DNA of 43,744 bases from the IMG/VR virus record IMGVR_UViG_3300044693_000291; one strand, 5' to 3'. Shown here one piece after another: positions 1 through 8,015 of the stretch. The notes beneath the pieces were generated by a model. It was not told where the DNA came from, made no database searches, and worked only from the letters and a program-made list of their open reading frames with translations. This DNA comes from a virus. The position numbers and the translations under genes were made by a program. Each line of letters begins with the position of its first letter. Within the stretch, counting starts at the first letter, position 1.

Positions 1-127
1 TAAATCCTTTGTACCATCGTAATCAGCGATAGCCCTGTCAGTCCATTTTGCAATAGTCTCGGCATCGTTTTTAATGGTTTTAAGGTTTACAGCAGCCTTT
101 ACCAGCGCCTCGGCGTTTACTTTTTTA
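1..127. repeat. Terminal direct repeat, identical to 43618..43744 (circular-assembly overlap or short terminal redundancy)
   Basis: Bases 1-127 (taaatcctttgtaccatcg...cggcgtttactttttta) recur exactly as the last 127 bases of the window. A minus-strand reading frame passes through the junction in frame. Confidence 0.9.
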
Positions 128-975
128 GCAGCCTTTTCAGCAGCTTCTTTTTCGGTTTTCAACGTATTAACCGTAGTGGTTAAATTAGTTTTTTCCGTTT
201 CAAGTGCCGTGATTTGGTTGCGCTGTGCTGTCAACGTGCTTTCCAGCTCGCGGTTGCGATTTTCAATCGCGTTAATGGCTTCGAGTACTGCGTCCTCGTT
301 TGCCTGTGGCACCAGCTTAAGCCGGTTGCATATTCTGGTTAATGAAACTTCGGGCATATTGTGCTCGGTTTTAAAGATGTTGTTAAGTATAAGTGATGCC
401 TCCTTCCAGACCGATTTCGCATCGTTTGAAATGTCGGCTGTCATGCGCTTTTTATTGTATTCGCTGCTGCCTTGTATGCTATCGCACAAACCCATGCGTT
501 TAGCATCCTCTGCCAGCAGGTAAGTTGTGCGGTTCATTATGGCGCTAACTTGTTCCTCGCTCATGCCGCACCGGCTGGCAACCATAGTACACAATGCGCT
601 CTTCATAGCATCAATGGCTTCGCCGCTGGCATCTCCAAATGGGTTGTGATACATAAGCACGCCATAGTCGGCCATTATGCGATTGCGGCCAGCCTGAAAT
701 AATACAGCGGATATGCTGGCAGCAATGCCCATGCAGTAGGTGTCTACCTTTGTTTTAGTACGCAGTATGGCGTTGTATATATCAAAGCCATCCATAACCT
801 TGCCGCCGGGGCTATTAATCCATATTTGGATTCTGCTCTTGCCCATTGTATCCAGCGCTAAAAGCTCACGGGCAAACGCAGGGCCATCTATGCCGTAGCC
901 GTCTTGCTCATCGTACCCGATGTGCCGGTCTATCATCATTATTGGTTCCTCTGCGGTTGCATCGACTGTATACAT
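1..975 (-). CDS. Prohead (head-maturation) protease, ClpP/S14-like, fused to a C-terminal scaffold-like coiled coil. This is the 5' part; the gene continues at 43617..43462, total 376 aa.
   Basis: The minus frame is open from the ATG at 975..973 to the window edge (325 codons). It is absent from the ORF track because it has no stop at this end. Translation shows INSPGGKVMDGFDIYNAI, GIAASISAVL and VLMYHNP (ClpP Ser/His context), then an Ala/Glu/Lys/Thr-rich heptad-like tail (LESTLTAQRNQITALETEKTNL...). It lies directly upstream of the capsid gene on the circular map. Confidence 0.85.
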   Translation of the reverse strand, partial: MYTVDATAEEPIMMIDRHIGYDEQDGYGIDGPAFARELLALDTMGKSRIQIWINSPGGKVMDGFDIYNAILRTKTKVDTYCMGIAASISAVLFQAGRNRIMADYGVLMYHNPFGDASGEAIDAMKSALCTMVASRCGMSEEQVSAIMNRTTYLLAEDAKRMGLCDSIQGSSEYNKKRMTADISNDAKSVWKEASLILNNIFKTEHNMPEVSLTRICNRLKLVPQANEDAVLEAINAIENRNRELESTLTAQRNQITALETEKTNLTTTVNTLKTEKEAAEKAAKKVNAEALVKAAVNLKTIKNDAETIAKWTDRAIADYDGTKDL

Positions 976-1024
976 ATAGCAACATTACCAATGGTTTGTA
1001 ATTATTTTAAAAATTTGGGGCAGA

Positions 1025-1081
1025 AATATTTGCATTGTATTACGCTGCGTATTACATTTGCTATACAAACACACCAAAATG
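1025..1081 (+). promoter_or_regulatory. Promoter-operator-leader module, copy A (Bacteroidota-type TTTG / TAnnTTTG promoter with two GTA(A/T)TAC half-sites)
   Basis: aaatatTTTGcattGTATTACGctgCGTATTACATTTGctatacaaacacaccaaaATG. TTTG at 1029-1032 and TACATTTG at 1053-1060 give a 20-nt spacer. The conserved leader ends at ATG 1079. Confidence 0.6.
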
Positions 1082-1312
1082 ACAATAGCCGAACAAATTG
1101 CCAAAATAGAAGCCGAGATACAAGTTTGCGATAATAATATGCAGCGCATACTAAGGATGGAGGGCTGTGCAATACCGGAACAGCTTACTGGCTCGTATAA
1201 AAAAGAATACGAAACAGAATTCGGCACCAGAGCAGTACTTCAGAATTATATAACGCGCATAGAATGCATATGTAACAGTGCATTGCGTTACGTGGACGTA
1301 AACTTATCATAA
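1079..1312 (+). CDS. Hypothetical protein (77 aa), plus-strand, operator-controlled
   Basis: The ATG at 1079 closes the conserved leader. The track start at 1058 (MLYKHTKM) is just a translation of the conserved leader, and the same peptide appears at 22408. The gene is followed by a hairpin terminator. I recognised no family. Confidence 0.55.
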   Translation: MTIAEQIAKIEAEIQVCDNNMQRILRMEGCAIPEQLTGSYKKEYETEFGTRAVLQNYITRIECICNSALRYVDVNLS

Positions 1313-1357
1313 TCTAAAAGGGACGGTTCGATCAGATCATCACAAGAACCAAATAGA

Positions 1358-1385
1358 AGGCCCGGTATCGCCCCGGGCCTTATTT
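1358..1385 (+). terminator. Rho-independent-type terminator hairpin
   Basis: AGGCCCGG (1358-1365), loop tatcgcc, CCGGGCCT (1373-1380), followed by TATTT. It sits 46 nt after the stop of 1079..1312. Confidence 0.5.
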
Positions 1386-1411
1386 AACTGTTAAAACCAA
1401 ACAATAATATA

Positions 1412-1723
1412 ATGGCTTACGATTTAAAACTTACCGCCAAACAGCGCGTAGACTTTTACATGGAGGCGCTACAGTGTTTTAAGACACGTTCCGAAGGCCC
1501 CTACGTTTGTAATGTATTAAAATGTCTATGCAGGGATATGTATCCTGAATTAATTCGATACCCGGCGTTTGAGGGGTATGCTAACGAATTTTGTGAATTA
1601 AATTTCCCCGAATTTTATGAGCAGCTTAATGGAGAGTACTCATGGCCCGAGACAGAGGCAGGTAACTTAAAGCGAGTGGCCGCATTGGAGGCTGCAATTG
1701 CATTGGCTAATAAGAATGCTTAG
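1412..1723 (+). CDS. Hypothetical protein (103 aa), plus-strand
   Basis: This ORF has a globular, Cys/aromatic-rich composition (no family recognised). It converges on and overlaps the minus-strand RHH gene by 17 nt. Confidence 0.5.
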   Translation: MAYDLKLTAKQRVDFYMEALQCFKTRSEGPYVCNVLKCLCRDMYPELIRYPAFEGYANEFCELNFPEFYEQLNGEYSWPETEAGNLKRVAALEAAIALANKNA

Positions 1724-1901
1724 ACTGAGTTGCCGGCTGCTGCCGCCGCTGGTAGTATTCTTTAAGGGCCTCCGCCACAATACTCGACTGGCTGGCCCCG
1801 GTTGCATCCGCCTGCGATATTACTTTCTCTTTTATCGCGGGCGGTACGGTAACCTTTATTCTGTTATCATAAGAGTATTTTCCTACTGTTTCCTTCGCCA
1901 T
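1707..1901 (-). CDS. Ribbon-helix-helix (CopG/Arc-like) DNA-binding protein, 64 aa
   Basis: The internal ATG at 1901 forms a TAATG overlap with the stop of the fibre gene. RIKVTVPPAIKEKVISQADATGASQSSIVAEALKEYY fits the strand-helix-helix RHH pattern. The 38 extra N-terminal residues of the track ORF overlap the fibre gene and look non-coding. Confidence 0.5.
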   Translation of the reverse strand: MAKETVGKYSYDNRIKVTVPPAIKEKVISQADATGASQSSIVAEALKEYYQRRQQPATQSKHSY

Positions 1902-2767
1902 TAGGGTGCTATTAAAAGGTATTTTATTGCCAAAAATTGTGTATTCCCTGCCGCTGTAGTGCTTATTGCAAAGTAAAAACCGGCATTGTCGTACGCTCCT
2001 ATCTGCAACGTACACATAAAGTTATCATTGAATCCGCCCCAATCGCTGTGCCCGCTGTTACCTATGGTGCCATAAGGCAGCCAGTTGGCATCCGGCAGCG
2101 CGGCCGGGAAGTTGTATCGGTATGCCGATAAACCATTGGTACTACCTGCCAGCAGTATACAGTTAGGGTCTGCCGGCGTAGTGTTAAGGTCACCTATATA
2201 TATGTATCCGCTTTTTACCACTTTATTAACGCTGGCCTGCGTATTAGTGATAGTTAGGTTGGGATAGGTGCCGGTAATGCTGATATTTGTACCGTTGATG
2301 AGGTTTACCTGTGGTATATTGGTATTAACACGCTGGCAATCATTGTAATTTGATATACCGCTACCCCCCAGCGCCGCATTGCACACCACTTTGCGTATCT
2401 GGTGTATGTTGCGTGTAATTCCATCGGTAAACTGAACGCCGTCTGCATTAGTGCCGCTGAAAAACGTGGTGCCAATGGTAAGTACTGCGGTTTGCGTGGC
2501 ACCAGCGGTAAACGTTGCGCCATCAAATAGAAACACCTCGCCGTTATAAAAACAACTACCGGCGCTAATGGCAAAATTTGAACCGCTGCCGCTGTTTACC
2601 ATGCCCTGCAATATGTAAACTACCGCCGGGTTGTAGCCACTGCCTATCCATCCCTTTATAGCTTCCGCAATTGCTTCCGTGTAAGCGTTCTGGATATGGA
2701 TAAGGCTGCCAGATTTAAGCGGCATGCCCACGGCGTTACTTACTGCTGAGACGTCTAATGTACGCAT
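1901..2767 (-). CDS. Tail fibre / receptor-binding protein (288 aa)
   Basis: This is the last structural gene of a J-like, I-like, fibre series. The composition is Gly/Asn/Thr/Ser-rich and beta-type (NISITGTYPNLTITNTQ). Confidence 0.5.
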   Translation of the reverse strand: MRTLDVSAVSNAVGMPLKSGSLIHIQNAYTEAIAEAIKGWIGSGYNPAVVYILQGMVNSGSGSNFAISAGSCFYNGEVFLFDGATFTAGATQTAVLTIGTTFFSGTNADGVQFTDGITRNIHQIRKVVCNAALGGSGISNYNDCQRVNTNIPQVNLINGTNISITGTYPNLTITNTQASVNKVVKSGYIYIGDLNTTPADPNCILLAGSTNGLSAYRYNFPAALPDANWLPYGTIGNSGHSDWGGFNDNFMCTLQIGAYDNAGFYFAISTTAAGNTQFLAIKYLLIAP

Positions 2768-2772
2768 CTGTA

Positions 2773-3447
2773 TTAGTAGGTTTGAACTTGATAAATTATG
2801 CCGGCAACTATATACCGGTCTGCAAAATTGCGAACTATCTTCTCCCTGTTAGCCGCCACAGTATCCAGTGCGTTGTACACTGCCAGCGGAATCCATATAG
2901 TTAGATTGAAATAATCGCTAAAGGTATAGGCATTTATAACAACCTCCGTGCTATTATTGGCATATACCGTACTGCTTTGCGCCTCCGTCCACCCAACTAT
3001 AAAAGGTTTTGCCGGCTTTGCATTGGCCTGTAAGTAAATATCGCTCACGTTAGGCGGCTGCCTGAAAACGGTGCCAAAATACTTATTAAGCGCATACGTC
3101 AAAATTAACACATTGCCGTTATATAACACGCGCTCGAATACGCCGATGAAATTATCCTGCACCCGTACCCAATACGCATCATTTGGCGGTGTATGGCCTA
3201 AATTGCCATCAACTATACTTTCATATACAGATGCCTTATACAATACCCGGTCACCCGAGTTGTACGTGGTACTGATTAAAAACGGTGCCGCAGTACTGCC
3301 GGCCCGGTAGTCACCCAGCCATAGGTCACGCAGGTATTGCAAAGGCTTGAAGAGAGCTGCTACCCATGAACGCATGTACGTTCCCCGTTTATCGGGCGGC
3401 AGTAATTGATTTCCGACGTTGGTATAGTTGATGTCGTATATGCTCAT
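2773..3447 (-). CDS. Baseplate / tail-fibre adaptor protein (P2 gpI-like)
   Basis: The N-terminal QLLPPDKR resembles the LLP(P) motif of the tail protein I family. The position between the J-like gene and the fibre fits. It contains a Y..GD.V.Y....Y...W carbohydrate-binding-like motif (YNSGDRVLYKASVYESIV...AYWVRV). Confidence 0.45.
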   Translation of the reverse strand: MSIYDINYTNVGNQLLPPDKRGTYMRSWVAALFKPLQYLRDLWLGDYRAGSTAAPFLISTTYNSGDRVLYKASVYESIVDGNLGHTPPNDAYWVRVQDNFIGVFERVLYNGNVLILTYALNKYFGTVFRQPPNVSDIYLQANAKPAKPFIVGWTEAQSSTVYANNSTEVVINAYTFSDYFNLTIWIPLAVYNALDTVAANREKIVRNFADRYIVAGIIYQVQTY

Positions 3448-3677
3448 TTCTTACGCCTTTTTTTTGGTGGCGTTAAATTGCTCGGGTACTTACCCTTGCT
3501 GCTTTTGTTTACTTGCCGGCCGCGCATTATCTGCCCAGCCGTTGCATGGTTTTCTGCCAAATCAGGCCCCGGGCGCATTGGCTGCGAATATTTATCGAGC
3601 GCCCTGTTCAGTGTGCCCGCTTCCCCCTCGTATGCCTTTGCCAGTGCTTCCAAGCTGGCCGGTGTTAGTTTGTTCAT
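3444..3677 (-). CDS. Hypothetical small protein (77 aa) with a very basic C-terminus (PPKKRRKK)
   Basis: The stop forms an ATGA overlap with the start of 2773..3447. The N-terminal half is helical in character. Confidence 0.45.
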   Translation of the reverse strand: MNKLTPASLEALAKAYEGEAGTLNRALDKYSQPMRPGPDLAENHATAGQIMRGRQVNKSSKGKYPSNLTPPKKRRKK

Positions 3678-3792
3678 GCGTTATTATGGTTTTAAATTGC
3701 TGGTATGTCTCCCAACTCATGCAATACTTCGGCTGCTGCCGTGTCTTTTGCATCTGCTGGGCCATCCATTTAGAGATTTCGTCTATGGTCAT
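3592..3792 (-). CDS. Hypothetical small protein; the 3' third overlaps 3444..3677 in another frame
   Basis: The start forms a TAATG overlap with the stop of 3792..4637. The first 38 or so residues look protein-like (MTIDEISKWMAQQMQKTRQQPKYCMSWETYQQFKTII). The Gly-rich tail past 3677 looks non-coding. Confidence 0.3.
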   Translation of the reverse strand: MTIDEISKWMAQQMQKTRQQPKYCMSWETYQQFKTIITHEQTNTGQLGSTGKGIRGGSGHTEQGAR

Positions 3793-4637
3793 TACTGTGG
3801 TATGAATGTCAAGCTATCAGCCAGTGTTGCGCCTACCGTATCCTCGCTTATCGCGTAACCGGCCAGCGTAGGCCAGTACCTGCTCGCTAATGTGTTGCCT
3901 GTAACCAATGCCGTACCGCTACCGTATGGCGTAGCTGCTGCACGCGCAACAACGTTATGAAAAACCACGTCCTCTACGCCGGCTACCGCTTTCATAGCCA
4001 GCTCCAAATCGCTTACCTTGATACGCCCATTAAACGGTATGCCGGAAATGTAGGCATTAATAGCCGCAATCACATCTGCCTGTATAACGCTACTGTATAA
4101 ACCCACATAGTATATATCGGCCTGCACATAAAGCCGGTCTGCATCCAATGAGACACAGTTATAAGATACACCAGCTACGGCAGCCACGTTGATATAACTT
4201 TGCAGGGCTGCCAATTCCGGGCCACTCAGGGCCTGCGGCGGGTCACCTTTAGCCACTTTAATGGTTACAATATTGTTAACATCCGTGGTAACGCTGCACC
4301 GCGTAATTATACGCAGTGTTGGGTCTACTATTGGGTATACTACGGCAAAATTTATAAGCTGGGCAACCTGTGGCGTGGTGGCGCTATACTGAAAGTTAAA
4401 TACCTGTGCCTGAATCCATGTCGGCGTACCCGGTGCCGCAATTGCTACCAGCCCTTCTATGATGGCCGTCATTACATCAATTGCCTGCTCCAGCAAGTTA
4501 ACGGCTACAGCAGTAATAAACGTCCATAAGCGCCATATAGCTCGCTTGCTGGTGCTTGTAAGTTTGGTACTCAGCACCGGGTCTGCGGCCACTGCGTCCG
4601 TTATCTGTTTCTGTATCGTTGCTATGCTGCGCGCCAT
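3792..4637 (-). CDS. Baseplate wedge protein (P2 gpJ / Mu gp47-like), putative
   Basis: It is 281 aa and sits upstream of the I-like and fibre genes, matching the J-I-H order of P2-type tails. The call rests on composition and position only. Confidence 0.4.
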   Translation of the reverse strand: MARSIATIQKQITDAVAADPVLSTKLTSTSKRAIWRLWTFITAVAVNLLEQAIDVMTAIIEGLVAIAAPGTPTWIQAQVFNFQYSATTPQVAQLINFAVVYPIVDPTLRIITRCSVTTDVNNIVTIKVAKGDPPQALSGPELAALQSYINVAAVAGVSYNCVSLDADRLYVQADIYYVGLYSSVIQADVIAAINAYISGIPFNGRIKVSDLELAMKAVAGVEDVVFHNVVARAAATPYGSGTALVTGNTLASRYWPTLAGYAISEDTVGATLADSLTFIPQ

Positions 4638-4640
4638 GTA

Positions 4641-5165
4641 TTAAGGTTGCGGTATGATGTAATTTTTTGGATCGCCAAACGTTGCATTTATAACCGGCGT
4701 AGGGTTCGTCGTGCTAATATACTGCTTTGCTCCTTTATCATCTATAAAGTGACTGATAAAATCTATTGTGTACTCGTAGATATTATCATGATCGAAACTT
4801 TGCTGCTCCTGCAACTTCATCATAGCGCTGCATGCAGTGGGTTCAAACAGCATCAGCGCAGCTATAACCTTATCCCGCAAATCAAATATTAACAAATCCT
4901 GTTCAAAGTTGCCGGCCTGATCGTCGTAGAATTCATGCACCAAATGCACGCGGAAGGCCAAATCTGCTGCGCTTACGCCGCCCTCCAGTTGCCCCCACTC
5001 TACATCGTTCAGCACCTCCACGAATGCGGCTGGTTTGGCGTAATTGGGGTATTTGCCCTCAATCTCCATCGTTATCTGATTATTGAACACGCGCACCGTT
5101 TGCAGGTCGGTTATGGTTTTTAACTGCGCGAGTACATCTTGTATAGGTTGTTTAATTCCTGCCAT
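4641..5165 (-). CDS. Hypothetical virion protein (neck / tail-completion candidate), 174 aa
   Basis: It lies in the structural operon between the tail-completion S-like gene and the baseplate J-like gene. I saw no diagnostic motif. Confidence 0.5.
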   Translation of the reverse strand: MAGIKQPIQDVLAQLKTITDLQTVRVFNNQITMEIEGKYPNYAKPAAFVEVLNDVEWGQLEGGVSAADLAFRVHLVHEFYDDQAGNFEQDLLIFDLRDKVIAALMLFEPTACSAMMKLQEQQSFDHDNIYEYTIDFISHFIDDKGAKQYISTTNPTPVINATFGDPKNYIIPQP

Positions 5166-5463
5166 GTGCTGCCAGTATGTTATGAACGTTTTCTACGTAT
5201 TCCAGAACCATTGTATCTATCTGGCCCCGGCCGCCTTTCAATACTTTTACGCCCTCAAAGGTTAAGTTTTCCTGCTCCTCCGGCGTTACTTCCTGATTGC
5301 GCATTACCTCGACGCCCTTAACAAAGGACATAAAAGCGGTTGGCTTAAGGCGTACTGCCGCTAATGGTTTACAGGAGTATTTCTGCGCCCAGCCTACTGC
5401 CTGCGCTACTAAATCTATCGCAACGTTAAACGTGCGGTTATAATTTGAATGATCTGTCGGCAT
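5152..5463 (-). CDS. Hypothetical virion-module protein, 103 aa
   Basis: It is tightly packed in the structural operon and overlaps both neighbours by 14-26 nt. Confidence 0.45.
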   Translation of the reverse strand: MPTDHSNYNRTFNVAIDLVAQAVGWAQKYSCKPLAAVRLKPTAFMSFVKGVEVMRNQEVTPEEQENLTFEGVKVLKGGRGQIDTMVLEYVENVHNILAAHGRN

Positions 5464-5896
5464 ATTTTTTGATGATTTCTATGTTCTTTGCACGCATTGC
5501 GTTGCTTTCGCCCATGTACTGCCGCCGGGGCATTGGCGCACCATTGCGCATCTTAAGGCCCTCGTTATGTATAGCAGCGTATGGCAGGCGTACGCGGAAC
5601 GTTACTTTACTTGGTGTTATAAGTTCGAGTGATGCGTTTACAGCCCGGCGCAATGTGCCTTTGCCTACCAATATGGTGCGTGTGCGCCTGCGCAGGCCCT
5701 TATTCTTTGGGTACTCATACTCCTTTGTACCCTTTATGCGCCGGTTTACCTCGGGCCACTTCTTTCCATCCCATGACTCAGATTTGAACGATTGCAGAAA
5801 ATATTTTTTGTTAGCCATAGCCAGCTCGCGCATTGCCAGCAGGTTGTTGCTTTTAAACTGTTTTGCAATCAGGTCAAATTTAAACTTATTCGGCAC
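5438..5896 (-). CDS. Virion morphogenesis / tail completion protein (Mu gpG / P2 gpS family)
   Basis: SWDGKKWPE...TILVGKGTLRRAV...LPYAAIHNEG...MPRRQYMG follows the W.P...L..sG.L...YA.iH..G...PaR.f pattern of this family. It sits directly after the MuF-like gene. Confidence 0.55.
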   Translation of the reverse strand: MPNKFKFDLIAKQFKSNNLLAMRELAMANKKYFLQSFKSESWDGKKWPEVNRRIKGTKEYEYPKNKGLRRRTRTILVGKGTLRRAVNASLELITPSKVTFRVRLPYAAIHNEGLKMRNGAPMPRRQYMGESNAMRAKNIEIIKKYADRSFKL

Positions 5897-5900
5897 ATGG

Positions 5901-6644
5901 TTATTTTATAGGTAATCCGAAATTCTCTTTGGCAAACTTACGATCTCCCTTTGGTACGTCAAAATATGGGTGATCTTTATTAAACAATTGCTTAGTTATG
6001 CCGGCATTTGTAAGGAATACCGGGGACATTAGTTTCTCGCTGTCTCCTACCACCTGCATAAGCCTGCCCTTCTCTGTTAACTCGGCGCTGCCCTGCGTCT
6101 CCTGCGTTACAATGCAGTAGCAGTTGTAGTGGTTGCACGGGTATATCTTGCGCCATATTGGGCTGTTAACCGGCGCTACAATACCATCCAGCGGCCGGCA
6201 TATCTGGCAGGCATCGCCAATGGTGCTGTATTTCAGCAGCGGGAACAGGTCACTATCCTCTGTTATTATTTGCCACTGCTTTGCCTGCAATGTCTGCTGC
6301 ACAGCCGTATTATCCTCCGCATCAGCCCAACCCTCGTACTTATTATAGATGGCGTTGCCAATGGGTTCGAAGTCCTTGAAATTCTTTACACCCTGTGCAG
6401 CGGTTTGCAAATCTCGAACAAGGTTATAAGTCTTTGCACCAGCAAATGCCTGTGCATTTAGCTTAAGCGACTCGGCCAGATCGGCAAATGCCTTATCTGC
6501 TCCAATGCCTTTATCTACCGCAGCCATAAGATCAGCGCTTACGCCACGGTAGTATGTAACGGGTAGTTTTTTGGTGGTGTATTTACCACGGAAAACACCC
6601 ATAATTAAATCGTTATTTGACGCCATATAGGCCCTCCATAGCAT
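5901..6644 (-). CDS. Minor head protein, Mu F / SPP1 gp7 family
   Basis: CQICRPLDGIVAPVNSPIWRKIYPCNHYNCYCIV matches the C..C..l.G......PP.H.nCRC signature. It is immediately downstream of the portal gene. An alternative start is at 6626. Confidence 0.7.
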   Translation of the reverse strand: MLWRAYMASNNDLIMGVFRGKYTTKKLPVTYYRGVSADLMAAVDKGIGADKAFADLAESLKLNAQAFAGAKTYNLVRDLQTAAQGVKNFKDFEPIGNAIYNKYEGWADAEDNTAVQQTLQAKQWQIITEDSDLFPLLKYSTIGDACQICRPLDGIVAPVNSPIWRKIYPCNHYNCYCIVTQETQGSAELTEKGRLMQVVGDSEKLMSPVFLTNAGITKQLFNKDHPYFDVPKGDRKFAKENFGLPIK

Positions 6645-8007
6645 TTTTTAACTTGGCTGGGTTACCCGGTTCCGGCATAGTTGGTTCCGGCGCGTCCGTG
6701 GTTGGTATGCCTGTACGTTCTTCAAAGTATGCGGCATCCATCTTTAGCCCGGCGTTCTTCATTGTTAATGCAATCTGCGCAGTGGCCTGATTGCTTTCGT
6801 CTTGCCGCCTGCGGAACTCCTCCATTTCATCGTCATTCTTAAGCCGGTAGCTGTAGCCCTCTGGTATGCGGCTTATACCTAAATCACGCACCCGGGGCAG
6901 TATCTCCTTGTTAACTATGGGCGTAATAAATCGGCCGTCCTTGCTTTGCTTATCCCGTAGGGCCTGCGCCGTTGGGTTGTCCTCGCCGCTGCCGGCACCT
7001 AATTTCCCCGGAACGCTGTCCATTGCATCCGCGTGTCCGAGTACAATTTTAGAAACTGTTTTCTGGCATCGTTGCTCAAGGTTGTCATAACCTTGCCATC
7101 CTGTACCCCCGAGGGCAGTTTCCAAGAACTCAATTTCGTCCAGTGGATCAATAATCGCATACCCCGAAGACCCCATGTTACGCACTGCTGCCTCGAGCTC
7201 GGCGCGTTCCGATTCGGTTGTTTTAGTTGTCTTACCAACACGGTACGGCTGCGAGTAAAGTTCAACGAAATCACCATTATAGCCCAATACATTGCGTAGG
7301 AAAATCTCATATAGCGCTATTTTATAAAACAGCCCGTAGCCGCATTTGCTGGTGCCGTTCTCTGATTTAGTTTTAACGTAAATATGCCACGGCTTTGTAT
7401 CCGGGTCGTCCCAGCGTTTGCCGGTAAGCGAGTATATCAGGGTGCTCACTAATTCCCTGTCCGGGCTAACGTTCCACCTGCGCACCAGCTCCACATCCTT
7501 TAACTGGCCGCCCTCTACATCGCCCAAACTTATAAGGCTGTAGCCGAAGAATATGGCATCAAGGGCGTACTCTATGGCATCCATAAACCATGCGTACTCC
7601 TCGAATTCAGCGGTAAGGTCTTCGCTGGGCACCCATTTACTTCCCTGTTTTTTACCTATCTCGAAACCGCGCAGCAGGGTTAAGTCCTTCCTTCTTTCCA
7701 TCACACTGTACACATGGCCGTTAAGTATTGTATCAATATACATGCGCTGCATACGTACCCGGTGCGGGTAGTATGCAAACTCGGCCTCGGTAATTGCTCT
7801 GCGCCATTCACCTATATCCACCTTTATGCGGTCAAGCTGAACGGGCGTAAGGTAATTACTCAGATTGCGTTTAATGCCATCGGTCGATTTATCCTGCCCG
7901 GTGGCTAAACTTACCTTCCCATCCGGATTTCGGTCGGTTGCAACTGATTTGATGTCAGATTGAGTTGCAAAGAAGTAGGAACGTATTGCTGATAACCCGG
8001 TTTTCAT
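6613..8007 (-). CDS. Portal protein (464 aa)
   Basis: The size fits, and the gene lies between the terminase/adaptor genes and the MuF-like gene. The C-terminus is acidic and flexible. Confidence 0.7.
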   Translation of the reverse strand: MKTGLSAIRSYFFATQSDIKSVATDRNPDGKVSLATGQDKSTDGIKRNLSNYLTPVQLDRIKVDIGEWRRAITEAEFAYYPHRVRMQRMYIDTILNGHVYSVMERRKDLTLLRGFEIGKKQGSKWVPSEDLTAEFEEYAWFMDAIEYALDAIFFGYSLISLGDVEGGQLKDVELVRRWNVSPDRELVSTLIYSLTGKRWDDPDTKPWHIYVKTKSENGTSKCGYGLFYKIALYEIFLRNVLGYNGDFVELYSQPYRVGKTTKTTESERAELEAAVRNMGSSGYAIIDPLDEIEFLETALGGTGWQGYDNLEQRCQKTVSKIVLGHADAMDSVPGKLGAGSGEDNPTAQALRDKQSKDGRFITPIVNKEILPRVRDLGISRIPEGYSYRLKNDDEMEEFRRRQDESNQATAQIALTMKNAGLKMDAAYFEERTGIPTTDAPEPTMPEPGNPAKLKNAMEGLYGVK

Positions 8008-8015
8008 ATTATCTT

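Noticed and set aside
1-127. Interpreting the 127-bp end duplication as a biologically defined direct terminal repeat
   Set aside because: It falls inside a coding region rather than at an intergenic packaging site, which is more consistent with an assembler overlap of a circular or circularly permuted genome. This cannot be settled without read data, so it is reported only as a repeat.
74-523. Plus-strand ORFs 74..523 and 472..702 at the left end of the window
   Set aside because: They are antisense to the ClpP-like protease-scaffold frame, which has clear catalytic motifs. Their translations are low-complexity (Ser/Ala/Phe/Leu-rich) shadows.
1058-1078. N-terminal extensions MLYKHTKM (ORFs starting at 1058 and 22408) and MKEKRLRIIWIVIRNVLHLYNKTQNT (ORF starting at 26999)
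   Set aside because: These identical or similar peptides arise from translating the conserved promoter/leader DNA. The real starts are the ATGs that terminate the leader (1079, 22387, 26921).
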